Shown here: piece by piece, positions 28,022-37,627 of the stretch
How positions within the stretch are numbered: the first letter of the stretch is position 1
Layout: each line of letters opens with the position of its first letter
From: an uncultured Candidatus Saccharibacteria bacterium
GTDB taxonomy: Bacteria > Patescibacteriota > Dojkabacteria > J137
Assembly (NCBI GenBank): GCA_964607415.1
Contig: CAZSKK010000001.1
Location: 333,469-397,468 of the forward strand
Direction: 5' to 3'
Length of the DNA stretch: 64,000 nt
Made by a program: the position numbers and the translations under genes
The notes under the pieces: model-generated
What the model saw: the letters and a program-made list of their open reading frames with translations, nothing else
Database searches by the model: none
Told to the model about the DNA's origin: nothing

Positions 28022-28426
28022 ATGAATATACTGGCTTCATTAAGAAACTTAATTATAAATAACAATCAACAAGAGTATAACCAGCAGGTATCTCAGATGC
28101 TTTTGGATTCACGTGGAGAACTGTCATTAGAATTCATTAGTCCTGATCTTCTTAGATACATTATAGATAACTCCTTTTTACTCTCACCGGATGACACTAT
28201 CAATATTGGTAACACTTTATGTAAAAATGTAAAAGAACTTTACAGTAGTAGATTTGCGGGAATACAAAGCCTTATGCCTGGTGCGTTGCTTGCTATTTAT
28301 GAAAGACTTCAAGAACATTTTCCAGACATAAATAGCGATATGGAGGCTTCAACTTTGGAATTAAGCTTGCGCCCGATAGTAAGTCAAATTGTTCAAGAAG
28401 GCCAAGTTATTAACCCTGAGCCATGA
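28022..28426 (+). CDS. Hypothetical protein, probably leaderless
   Basis: ATG 28022 follows TTGAAT-17-TATACT (27988-28016); overlaps the next gene (ATGA). Confidence 0.55.
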   Translation: MNILASLRNLIINNNQQEYNQQVSQMLLDSRGELSLEFISPDLLRYIIDNSFLLSPDDTINIGNTLCKNVKELYSSRFAGIQSLMPGALLAIYERLQEHFPDINSDMEASTLELSLRPIVSQIVQEGQVINPEP

Positions 28427-28938
28427 GCGAAGATATATCTGTAGAAATAGATACTGCTCCTGCAACTCATATCGTAACCAATGACGAAATACTGAACGAT
28501 GAATTGCATTTGGATAACTCGCTTATCGATCAGCTTTTAAGTTTACTAGGGGGCTGTAGTTTCAAAGTTGATGAAGAATCTGAAACCCTAATTATCGAAA
28601 CATACATCCCTGGAAAGCTTGTAAAGCTTCCCCTTCAGGGGATTTTTTCTGATCCAGAAATCCTGAAAATATTTGATGTCATTCAAGGCAGAGATAATTC
28701 AGTATCACTAACTAAGCTTAGCAATCATGCATTGCGACAAGTTGCAAGAAGATTTGGAATAGACCCTTATACTGTATTTGAGCCAATACAAAAAAAGTCC
28801 AGACAAAGACCAGCGCACCTTCACGAAAAAATCACATCAAAATCTGAAGGCAGAAAACAAAGAAATAAACGGATGGCTCGTAAACGTAGGTATAAAAGAG
28901 GTTATGAAGATATGTACAACAAAAATTTTGAACAATAA
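28423..28938 (+). CDS. Hypothetical protein with acidic N-terminus and very basic C-terminus
   Basis: 171-aa ORF coupled to the upstream gene. Confidence 0.55.
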   Translation: MSEDISVEIDTAPATHIVTNDEILNDELHLDNSLIDQLLSLLGGCSFKVDEESETLIIETYIPGKLVKLPLQGIFSDPEILKIFDVIQGRDNSVSLTKLSNHALRQVARRFGIDPYTVFEPIQKKSRQRPAHLHEKITSKSEGRKQRNKRMARKRRYKRGYEDMYNKNFEQ

Positions 28939-29020
28939 AACACCTCCCTTAATCCCTCCTATAGGAGGGAGAAAAAGACGTGACTAAATACCCTAATTCT
29001 TGAATCGTGGATCTTGATTC

Positions 29021-30934
29021 TTATTCTACTACTTCCCCTTCTTCAGGTTCATCTTTATTATCTTCATTCTTACTCTTATCCTCACTCTCACCCTTTGATT
29101 CTTCACCTGCAGCAGCTTCGTACATTTTAGCTCCCACTGCTTGAAGTTTTTCCATTAAGGCATCAACTGCTTTCTTTAAAGCTTCTTGATCAAGTTCAGA
29201 TTTTCCAAGTTCCTCTTTAACAAGTTTAATTTGATCATCTAAAGCTTTTTTATCCTCTTCACTAATCTTATCTTTATTATCTTTAATTAATTTTTCTGCC
29301 TGAAAAACTAATGAATCAGCTTCATTAATAAGTTTCAATCTTTCAACCTCTGCTTTATCTTTAGCTTCGTTTTCTGCTGCTTCTTTAACTAGTTTATCTA
29401 TTTCAGATTCTTCTAAGTGAGTTGACGCAGTAATTGTAATATCTTTTTCTTTGCCAGTTCCTAAATCTTTTGCCTTAACGTTCAAGATTCCATTTGCATC
29501 AATTTTAAATGTAACAGAAAATTTAGGTACACCTCTTGGTGCAGATGGAATTCCGTCTAGTCTAAATACGCCTAGTTCTTTGTTATCTTTAGCTAAAGGT
29601 CTTTCTCCTTGTAAAACTCTAACATCAATTGCATTTTGGTTATCTACAGCAGTTGTAAATCTATCTTCAGACTTTTCTGCAGGGATCGTTGTGTTTCTTG
29701 GGATTAAGATATGCATTTCGCCCATATTAACTTCAAGACCAAGTGATAATGGAGTTACATCTAACAAAGTGATGTCTTCAACACCAGAATCTCCAGCTAA
29801 AACTGCGCCCTGAACTGCAGCTCCAACTGCAACAACTTCATCTGGGTTTACGCTTTGATTTGGTTTTTTACCAAAAAATTCTTCAACTTTTTTTACAACC
29901 AAAGGCATTCTTGTCATTCCTCCAACCATAATTACTTCTTCAATTTCTGTTTTTTCTTTTTTAGCATCTTTTAATGCTTTTTTGATTGGCTCAATAGTTT
30001 TATCTACCAAATCAAGTACAAGTTTTTCATACTCAGATCTTGTTAAATTCATTCTAAAGTGTTTTGGCCCTTTACTATCTGCTGTAATATATGGAAGATT
30101 AACTTCTGTTGATTCGCTTGAAGATAAAGTAATTTTTGCCTTTTCAGCAGCTTCTTTAAGTCTTTGCAGTGCGGCTGGGTCTTCTTTTAAATCAATTCCT
30201 TGTTCTTTTTTAAATTGAGCAATCATATAATCAATCAATACTTGATCAAAGTCATCTCCACCAAGGTGTGTATCTCCATTTGTAGATAAAACTTCGTAAA
30301 CTCCGTCACCTATTTCTAAAATTGAAATATCAAAAGTACCTCCACCCAAGTCGTAAACAGCAATTAACTGATTTTTATCTTTTTTATCCAAACCATATGC
30401 AATTGCTGCAGCAGTAGGTTCGTTAATAATTCTTTTTACATCAAGTCCAGCTACTTTTCCTGCATTTTTTGTTGCCTGTCTTTGAGAATCATCAAAATAT
30501 GCAGGAACTGTAATTACTGCTTCTGTTACAGGTTCACCCAAAAACGCCTCTGCATCTGATTTTAGTTTAGCAAGAACTTTTGCAGAAATAACTTCTGGCG
30601 CAATCCATTTATCACCAAATTGAATTTCAACTCCTCCTTTGTCACTTTTTTTAATGTTGAACGGAAAAAGTTTTATATCTTTTTGAACTTGTTCATCATC
30701 AAATTTTCTACCTATTAACCTTTTTATTGAGTAAAAAGTGTGCTCTGGATTGATAGCCATTTGATTTTTTGCTGTAATCCCTACAACTTCTGATTTATTA
30801 TCTGTATCAATTGCAATGACTGAAGGCGTTGTTCTAGCACCTTCCTTATTGGTAATTACTTCTGGTTTTCCAGCTTGTACAAAAGCAACAACAGAGTTTG
30901 TTGTTCCTAAATCTATTCCTACGATTTTTCCCAT
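29021..30934 (-). CDS. dnaK: Chaperone DnaK
   Basis: GIDLGTTNS, TVPAYFDDSQRQAT, DLGGGTFD and NPDEVVAVGAA. Confidence 0.98.
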   Translation of the reverse strand: MGKIVGIDLGTTNSVVAFVQAGKPEVITNKEGARTTPSVIAIDTDNKSEVVGITAKNQMAINPEHTFYSIKRLIGRKFDDEQVQKDIKLFPFNIKKSDKGGVEIQFGDKWIAPEVISAKVLAKLKSDAEAFLGEPVTEAVITVPAYFDDSQRQATKNAGKVAGLDVKRIINEPTAAAIAYGLDKKDKNQLIAVYDLGGGTFDISILEIGDGVYEVLSTNGDTHLGGDDFDQVLIDYMIAQFKKEQGIDLKEDPAALQRLKEAAEKAKITLSSSESTEVNLPYITADSKGPKHFRMNLTRSEYEKLVLDLVDKTIEPIKKALKDAKKEKTEIEEVIMVGGMTRMPLVVKKVEEFFGKKPNQSVNPDEVVAVGAAVQGAVLAGDSGVEDITLLDVTPLSLGLEVNMGEMHILIPRNTTIPAEKSEDRFTTAVDNQNAIDVRVLQGERPLAKDNKELGVFRLDGIPSAPRGVPKFSVTFKIDANGILNVKAKDLGTGKEKDITITASTHLEESEIDKLVKEAAENEAKDKAEVERLKLINEADSLVFQAEKLIKDNKDKISEEDKKALDDQIKLVKEELGKSELDQEALKKAVDALMEKLQAVGAKMYEAAAGEESKGESEDKSKNEDNKDEPEEGEVVE

Positions 30935-31055
30935 AATAAAAAAAATTAAATTTTAAAAGTATAAAGATTAGAATTATGATTCAAGATTCATGATTCAGGA
31001 AAAGTGAATAATATTCTTGAATCCTGAATCTTAATTCTCTGCCTGAAAGGCAGAA

Positions 31056-31082
31056 TTAGCACTTAAAGTATAAGATTGCTAA
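31056..31082. promoter_or_regulatory. CIRCE operator upstream of dnaK
   Basis: TTAGCACTT-N9-GATTGCTAA versus consensus TTAGCACTC-N9-GAGTGCTAA. Confidence 0.88.
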
Positions 31083-31091
31083 TTTGTTTTG

Positions 31092-31643
31092 TCAAGATTC
31101 ATTCGTTATCATCTTTAAAACCTCAGCAAACCTTTCTTCCTTAAACATAAATAGTGGTCCTTCATAAATTTTTATCTGTCTGAACTTCACATCTTCTTCC
31201 CTTGTGTACCATTGCATAAAAAGTGTTGATGATTCACTAACACCCAATCTATTAAATAAACCGTATAATTTATAGATAGCATAAAAATCATTGCCTACTA
31301 TATTAAGATCACTGGCGTTTGGTCTCCTTTCATCGGTTCTATACTCAGCACTTGCCACTCTTGTGTAAAGACCAGTTATTCTAACCAGATCGGGATGATT
31401 TATTGCTGGGTTCGTATCTATTGTTAAGGCAACTATGTAATCCTCAATTTCCAAAGAAACAACGCCTTTGATATTTGTAAAGCTATGTAATCTAAAGATT
31501 TCACTAATATCTGGTAGCTTTACATTAATATCTTCCAAATCAAAAGCTAATACAGTCACATCTATTGTTTCGCCTGGTTTATAAATATTGGGTATAGATC
31601 TTTTTAAGGTTACTACCTTTCCTATATTTTCACCTTCTATCAT
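31092..31643 (-). CDS. Hypothetical protein between grpE and dnaK
   Basis: 183-aa ORF whose ATG overlaps the grpE stop (ATGA). Confidence 0.6.
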   Translation of the reverse strand: MIEGENIGKVVTLKRSIPNIYKPGETIDVTVLAFDLEDINVKLPDISEIFRLHSFTNIKGVVSLEIEDYIVALTIDTNPAINHPDLVRITGLYTRVASAEYRTDERRPNASDLNIVGNDFYAIYKLYGLFNRLGVSESSTLFMQWYTREEDVKFRQIKIYEGPLFMFKEERFAEVLKMITNES

Positions 31644-32146
31644 TTTCCAACAATAACTTTTGCTGGTTTCAGAACATTTACTTGTCCTATATATTTATAA
31701 GCTGAACTAATAACAACAATAACCTTATTCTTATTGCGTTCATCCGCAACAGTTTGTATTGCTTCCATCTTTGATCTATCAAATTCATCCCCTACATTTA
31801 CTTCAACTTTTTCAACACCTGCACTTTTTACAGCTGCAATTAATTTATCTTGAGCAGTTTTTAAAGAACTTTTAGCATGTTCTAAATTTAAACCACCATC
31901 TTTCAGTGCAAGCTCCATATCATCGTGAATTTCCAACATCTCAGAAATTAAACCCATATTTGCAATTGCTCCAAAAGTCGCTCTTTCAGCATCCATTCTT
32001 TTTCTGTAGTTATCAAAATCAGCCATAAGCTGGAGCTTTTGACTTTTTAATGCTTCAACTTGCATTTCAAGTTCTTTAAGTTTGCTAATTTCATCATTTT
32101 GAACCTTTACTTCATTTTCTTTTTTATTATGTTTTGCTTTTGTCAT
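31640..32146 (-). CDS. grpE: Nucleotide exchange factor GrpE
   Basis: LMADFDNYRKR coiled coil, FDRSKMEAI and VLKPAKVIV; position in the hrcA-dnaK cluster. Confidence 0.92.
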   Translation of the reverse strand: MTKAKHNKKENEVKVQNDEISKLKELEMQVEALKSQKLQLMADFDNYRKRMDAERATFGAIANMGLISEMLEIHDDMELALKDGGLNLEHAKSSLKTAQDKLIAAVKSAGVEKVEVNVGDEFDRSKMEAIQTVADERNKNKVIVVISSAYKYIGQVNVLKPAKVIVGK

Positions 32147-32351
32147 ATTATATTAAATTAAAGAATGTAAAAATCTGGTAATTCAATTGAAATTAAGTAG
32201 TAATTCGTTGTAGAACAGAATAACGAAACAAAAATTACGGATTTCAAATTATGTGTTGTTTAACTTGTAATTCTCGATTTGCTTCCTCGTAATTAATGCG
32301 CATACACGACTTACGCTCTCTTATGGCTTTTTACCTCTAAACCTGTTTTCA

Positions 32352-33089
32352 CTACTTCCATCCTCGAATTAAATATCCAATTGTATTTGAAAAGTATTTA
32401 ACTGAAGCTATTACCATTTGATAATTCATTCTATTTGGTCCAACAACTGCTAGGTATCCATTTTTATTATCAGGTAATTTTATTTCTGAAAAAACAACAG
32501 CGTAATCATCAAAAAGGTCAATATCAGCTTCTTCACCAACCAAAACTCTAATTTCAGCATCGCCTCCCTTCTCAAACATTTTTGCAAGTGTCGAGTAATC
32601 TTCTAAAATTCTAAGAATATTTCTAAGCTTTTCCAACTCTCTAAATTCTGGAAGCATAACCATATTTGATAGACCTGCATAATATACATCCTTATCAATA
32701 AGTGCAACTGCGACATTTCCAGTTAAACTATTTAAATAATTTAAACTATTTCGAATTAAATTTTCAGTTTCAAATTTAACTTTGTTTAATTCAATTTTAA
32801 CTTTTTCCCTAGTTACGACATCTATAATATCTTCTGTTTCATCATCAATTTCGTCCAAGTAAAATCTCCAGCCCTTTGTAGTTGGAATCCTTCCTCCGCT
32901 CGAATGTTTCATAAATAAGTATCCCTTTAAAACCAAATCGGACATTTCATTTCTGATTGTTGCAGGACTTACTTTAAATTGATACTTAGTTTGAAGCGCA
33001 AGGGATCCAACAGGTTCCCCTGATGTTATAAAGTCATCAATTATTGCTTTTAAAAGTTGCTGTTGTCTATCGGATAAATCCATATACAC
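32352..33089 (-). CDS. hrcA: Heat-inducible repressor HrcA (short form)
   Basis: PVGS, SPATIRNEM, HSSGGRIPT and VGPNRMNY. Confidence 0.93.
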   Translation of the reverse strand: MYMDLSDRQQQLLKAIIDDFITSGEPVGSLALQTKYQFKVSPATIRNEMSDLVLKGYLFMKHSSGGRIPTTKGWRFYLDEIDDETEDIIDVVTREKVKIELNKVKFETENLIRNSLNYLNSLTGNVAVALIDKDVYYAGLSNMVMLPEFRELEKLRNILRILEDYSTLAKMFEKGGDAEIRVLVGEEADIDLFDDYAVVFSEIKLPDNKNGYLAVVGPNRMNYQMVIASVKYFSNTIGYLIRGWK

Positions 33090-33161
33090 TACGTTTGAAG
33101 GTTATAAAGTCGGAATGCTACAACGTTAAAACACTAAAAACTTTTATACATTTTAACTAAT

Positions 33162-33188
33162 TTAGCAGAGAAAGTTAAGAGGTGCTAA
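33162..33188. promoter_or_regulatory. CIRCE-like operator upstream of hrcA
   Basis: TTAGCAGAG-N9-AGGTGCTAA; outer TTAGCA/TGCTAA arms intact at 27-bp spacing. Confidence 0.75.
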
Positions 33189-33288
33189 TAAAAAAGTTTA
33201 AGTGTAAGTTTAAGATTAAGCGAAAAGCGCTTGAAAAAATAAATTTACCGGTGCTATAATTTTGTCATCATAATTTAGCAGCAATATA

Positions 33289-33822
33289 ATGAGCAGCGAG
33301 TTCAGAAATAACATGTCTTCAAAAGATTGTTACGGTAGTACAAAAAGCCACAATTCGCGCAATATGGTTGAAAGCCCATGGAAATTTTCTAATGATAGTC
33401 GCTTCAATACTATCTATTTGGCAATTAGTCATGCTTTCAGCTATGCCAATTTGGATGAAGGGGAAGAAACGATTGAGCTCGATAAGGATTTAACAGAAGC
33501 CGACTTAAATCCTGGGGTAATGGAAGTCGATGGTACTGAGTTAAAGGAATTATTAGGTCAAATTCTAGAAACATCAGACTTATCACCTTTTGATCATAAT
33601 ATATTATTCAGAGTTACTAGCTCAAGCGATCCTAATGCTGCATTAATACAAATTTTTACTGAGAACAATGATTTTGTAACTTTATCAGACTTGGAATCTT
33701 ATTTTTGTTCTTTGTTAGTTCAGTTACAAGAACATATTGCTTCAACTGGAATGGAACAGACTCTTAAAAAACTAATTGGGATATCGCTACAAGATGATGA
33801 TGATAATGCTAGTGAAATCTAA
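33289..33822 (+). CDS. Hypothetical acidic protein
   Basis: 177-aa ORF preceded by TTGAAA-18-TATAAT with an extended TG (33231-33260). Confidence 0.55.
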   Translation: MSSEFRNNMSSKDCYGSTKSHNSRNMVESPWKFSNDSRFNTIYLAISHAFSYANLDEGEETIELDKDLTEADLNPGVMEVDGTELKELLGQILETSDLSPFDHNILFRVTSSSDPNAALIQIFTENNDFVTLSDLESYFCSLLVQLQEHIASTGMEQTLKKLIGISLQDDDDNASEI

Positions 33823-33840
33823 TCTAACTGGGCAGCTTTT

Positions 33841-36357
33841 TTACATCAACCCCAACTGCTCTGGATGAATCTTTTTTGGAGTCTTTGGCTTTTGTGTTTT
33901 AGAGGACACGCTATTTTCGTTTTTAATCTTACTCTCAGACTCGCTCTTATTCTCAAATCCACTTAGTATTTCATTCGCTCTGTTAATAACTTCATCTGGA
34001 ATTCCAGCAAGCTTTGCTACATGAACTCCGTAACTTCTGTTTGTTGCACCTTTTACAATTTGATGTTGAAAAGTAATTTCGCCATCCTTGTCAGAAACTG
34101 CAACATTGTAATTTTTTATAAATTCAAAACTACCTTCTAATTCTGTAAGTTCATGATAATGAGTTGCAAATAGCGTTTTAGCTTTTAAGTTTCTTGCAAT
34201 AAATTCTACAACTGACCATGCTATTGCAACTCCATCGTATGTACTTGTTCCTCTCCCAACCTCATCCAAAATTATTAAACTTTTATCAGTTGCATTATTT
34301 AATATATTTGCAGTTTCGTTCATTTCAACCATGAAAGTAGACTCGCCTCTAGATAAATTGTCTGAAGCTCCAACTCTTGTAAAAACTCTATCCACAATGC
34401 TCCATTCCATTGTACTAGCTGGAACAAAACAACCTATTTGAGCAATAAGAACAATCAATGCAACTTGCCTAATGTATGTTGATTTACCTGACATATTGGG
34501 ACCAGTTAGCAAATGAATAGTTGATTTTTCTGAAAATTCCACATTGTTAGGAATAAAGTTCCTAACAATTCTTTCAACTACCAAGTGTCTACCATCTTTT
34601 ATAACAAGCTTATTACCATTTGAGACTTGAGGTTTTACGTATTCATACTCTCTTGAAATAAAGCCAAAATTAGAAAGCACATCAATTTCTGCCAAAATAT
34701 CACCAACCTCTATTAAGTCTTTTGCGTACTCTGATATCTTTTCTCTAATGTTCAAAAATATCTCTGCTTCAAGTTTTAATAGCTCTGTCTCGGCACTTAA
34801 AATTTTAGACTCCAGCTCTTTAAGCTCTTCGGTTATATATCTTTCTGCATTAGCTAAGGTCTGTTTTCTAACATAATGGCCCGGAACTTTATCCATATGT
34901 ACTTTCGTGACTTCGATATAATATCCAAATACCTGATTAAAAGAAATTTTTAGCGAAGAAATGCCAGTAGATTGAATCTCTTTTTGCTGAATTTCAGCTA
35001 AAATTTGCTTTGCATTTTTTTGTAGATTTCTTAATTCTTGTACTTTGGGACTGTATTGATCTTTAATAACACCACCTTCATTAAAGTTTGCAGGTGCAGT
35101 TTCAAGAATCGAGTCATCGATCAATTTAATAACCAAACTAATAATTTCAAAGTATTTGCCCGATTGGTTAAATAATGATAGAAAATACTTTATTCTTTCT
35201 GACGATTTGTCCCTAGAACCTAGGCTTGCAATTAAATTTAATGTTGAGTTTAAAGTATATTTCAAAGCTACAAGATCTTTCGGATTTGCACTGCTTACAC
35301 CAATTCTGCCTGCAATTCTTTCAAGATCAGACATTTGTGATAATTTATCTTTAATATCCGAGTTAAACATTTTATCTTGATAAAAAAATTCGACAGTACT
35401 TAATCTTTGTTCAATTATTTCTTTATTGATTAAAGGTTGTAAAATCCAGTGTCTTAATTTTCTTTTTCCCATAGCACTTTCGCATGTGTTTAGAGCATTA
35501 TAAACCGTAGCCGAAAAATCCATTCCTGACTGAGGAAAAATCAATTCCAAGTTTCGGATAGTTTCCTGATCCAACTGCATATGATCAGAATAATCATAAA
35601 GCTTTATGGATTTAAGGTGCTTAATATTGGTTTTTTGTGTTTCTTTTAAGTATTTAACCAAACTTCCAGCTAAATTTATCAAATCCTTTTTTTCATCAAT
35701 TCCAAAACCTTTAAAATTAGATACCTGAAACTGGTCTTTTAGAATCTGTGATGATTCACTTTCATTGAAGTAAGAGCTGTCTGCAGGCTCTAGTCGATTC
35801 TTATAAATAATTTCTATTTTGCTTCTTTGATCTTCTTTTATTATTACTTCACTAGGATTTATTTTATGAAGTTCTGCTTTTAGAATATTTGCATTTTTTG
35901 TTTGAAAAGCTCTAAAAAGACCTGTAGTTAAATCTGCATAAACAAGATTAAACAAATAAGTATCCTTATTTTCGGAAATAAATATACCTGCAATATAATT
36001 ATTTTTAGAAGAATCCAATGAATTTTCATCAATTACTGTTCCAGGGGTAATTATTTTTGTAATCTGCCTATCAACCAACTTTCCCGCACTTGCTTCTTCA
36101 ACCTGATCAGCAATAGCAACCTTGAGCCCAGCTTCAACTAGTTTTGGAAGATAATTTTTAAGTGCATGATGTGGGATTCCTGCCATTGGGTATCTAGCCT
36201 CCCCTGTGCCACGGCCTGTCAATGTAATGCCCAAAACCTTTGAAATACTAACTGCATCATCATTGAAAGCTTCAAAAAAATCACCAAGCCTGAAGAGAAC
36301 AATGTAGTCCTTATACTCTGATTTAATCTTTTGATATTGTTCTTGCATTGGTGTCAT
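33841..36357 (-). CDS. mutS: DNA mismatch repair protein MutS
   Basis: MTPMQEQY start, FRLGDFFE, TGPNMSGKST, STFMVEM, DEVGRGT and FATHYHEL. Start moved to ATG 36357. Confidence 0.96.
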   Translation of the reverse strand: MTPMQEQYQKIKSEYKDYIVLFRLGDFFEAFNDDAVSISKVLGITLTGRGTGEARYPMAGIPHHALKNYLPKLVEAGLKVAIADQVEEASAGKLVDRQITKIITPGTVIDENSLDSSKNNYIAGIFISENKDTYLFNLVYADLTTGLFRAFQTKNANILKAELHKINPSEVIIKEDQRSKIEIIYKNRLEPADSSYFNESESSQILKDQFQVSNFKGFGIDEKKDLINLAGSLVKYLKETQKTNIKHLKSIKLYDYSDHMQLDQETIRNLELIFPQSGMDFSATVYNALNTCESAMGKRKLRHWILQPLINKEIIEQRLSTVEFFYQDKMFNSDIKDKLSQMSDLERIAGRIGVSSANPKDLVALKYTLNSTLNLIASLGSRDKSSERIKYFLSLFNQSGKYFEIISLVIKLIDDSILETAPANFNEGGVIKDQYSPKVQELRNLQKNAKQILAEIQQKEIQSTGISSLKISFNQVFGYYIEVTKVHMDKVPGHYVRKQTLANAERYITEELKELESKILSAETELLKLEAEIFLNIREKISEYAKDLIEVGDILAEIDVLSNFGFISREYEYVKPQVSNGNKLVIKDGRHLVVERIVRNFIPNNVEFSEKSTIHLLTGPNMSGKSTYIRQVALIVLIAQIGCFVPASTMEWSIVDRVFTRVGASDNLSRGESTFMVEMNETANILNNATDKSLIILDEVGRGTSTYDGVAIAWSVVEFIARNLKAKTLFATHYHELTELEGSFEFIKNYNVAVSDKDGEITFQHQIVKGATNRSYGVHVAKLAGIPDEVINRANEILSGFENKSESESKIKNENSVSSKTQKPKTPKKIHPEQLGLM

Positions 36358-36451
36358 GTGACAGTTGTAAGTTTTAAGTTTGCAGTAATAACATAACACT
36401 GCTACTAGCTCGAAACTCGTAGCTTATAGCCCCCAGGAGATTTTAGCATAA

Positions 36452-37417
36452 TTAATCGTGGAATTTTCCGACCAGAATGATCAATTCCGTAATGAGAAAA
36501 ACAAAGTATAAAAGAATAAGCAGTGTTGCTTCCTTTTTTGTGATTTCTTTTCCAGTCCAGCTGAACCACATAAAAAGAACCAAAACAAAAGAAAGTAACA
36601 CGCAAACAGGAATTATTGCTAAAAAGTTTGTAAAAGTAAAACCACTAGACATTATTGCCAAAAAACCAGCTATACCAACATTAGCAGATGCACTTCCAAT
36701 AAAATTTCCAATCACTAGATTTTTGACTTTGTCTTCTTCTTTGGGAGAAGTTAACAACAATGTGATTTCAGGAATATTAGTACCAATAGCAACAACAAAT
36801 AGGCCTATTAAAGATTCAGATACTTCTAATAAACTTGCAAGCTCAACAGAAACATCAACTAAGAGTGATGAAGCAACCAGTAATATGATTATAGAAAAAG
36901 CTGCTTTAAGAAACTTGGCAAAAACTTTGCTTGCGAAAACTTTTGCTTGTCTTGCATGTTGTTTATTTTTAAACTTGTTACTGATATAAAATAAATATAC
37001 GCCATAACTTGCCATTAAAAATACTCCATCAGTTACGGAAAGAGTCTTATCTAAAAGCAACCCAACAATTAAAGAAATACTTAGCAAAGACAAAATAATT
37101 TCGTACTGACCAAACTTTCCACGAAAGCTCAAATTCCCATATTTAAGAATTGAGCCACCTATTATCAATGTAAGTAGAATCAAAGTTGCTCCAAGAAGAT
37201 TTCCAATTGAAAGTTCTGGTGCATCACTGCTGGAAGAGGCAGCAATAGCAATCTCAGGCAGTGAAGTTACAATTCCGAGAATTCCAAAGCCTACAAAAAA
37301 TTCGTTTACTTTAAGCTTTCTTGCTAGATAAACAAATGCATCCTCAACGTATTCCGCTGCCTGGACAAGTATAAAAAGCAATATTGCTATAAAACCAAAT
37401 AGAAGTAAAATGTCCAT
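36452..37417 (-). CDS. Na+/Ca2+ exchanger family (CaCA) antiporter
   Basis: Alpha repeats TSLPE and GTNIPE; about 10 TM segments. Confidence 0.88.
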   Translation of the reverse strand: MDILLLFGFIAILLFILVQAAEYVEDAFVYLARKLKVNEFFVGFGILGIVTSLPEIAIAASSSSDAPELSIGNLLGATLILLTLIIGGSILKYGNLSFRGKFGQYEIILSLLSISLIVGLLLDKTLSVTDGVFLMASYGVYLFYISNKFKNKQHARQAKVFASKVFAKFLKAAFSIIILLVASSLLVDVSVELASLLEVSESLIGLFVVAIGTNIPEITLLLTSPKEEDKVKNLVIGNFIGSASANVGIAGFLAIMSSGFTFTNFLAIIPVCVLLSFVLVLFMWFSWTGKEITKKEATLLILLYFVFLITELIILVGKFHD

Positions 37418-37627
37418 ATATAGAGATTAGTGATTAGAGCCAAAGACTAGAGACAAGAGATTAGGTTTTGGATTCAAAAATTACAAAAGTTACAATTAAA
37501 AGAATTTATTTTTCCAGATGCATTACTTTAACGATAATCTTTGAAATTTTTCTCTAATTGTAAATTGATAATTTAATTTATATTATTTGCCTATTTTGGT
37601 GTCTGTTTTTGGCTCTCTATATACCTA

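Noticed and set aside
28995-31004. Inverted heptamer arrays flanking dnaK as transposon ends or a long-range processing stem
   Set aside because: The upstream array has a local partner at 31015-31035, pairing on the mRNA strand has several A-C mismatches, and there is no transposase or target duplication.
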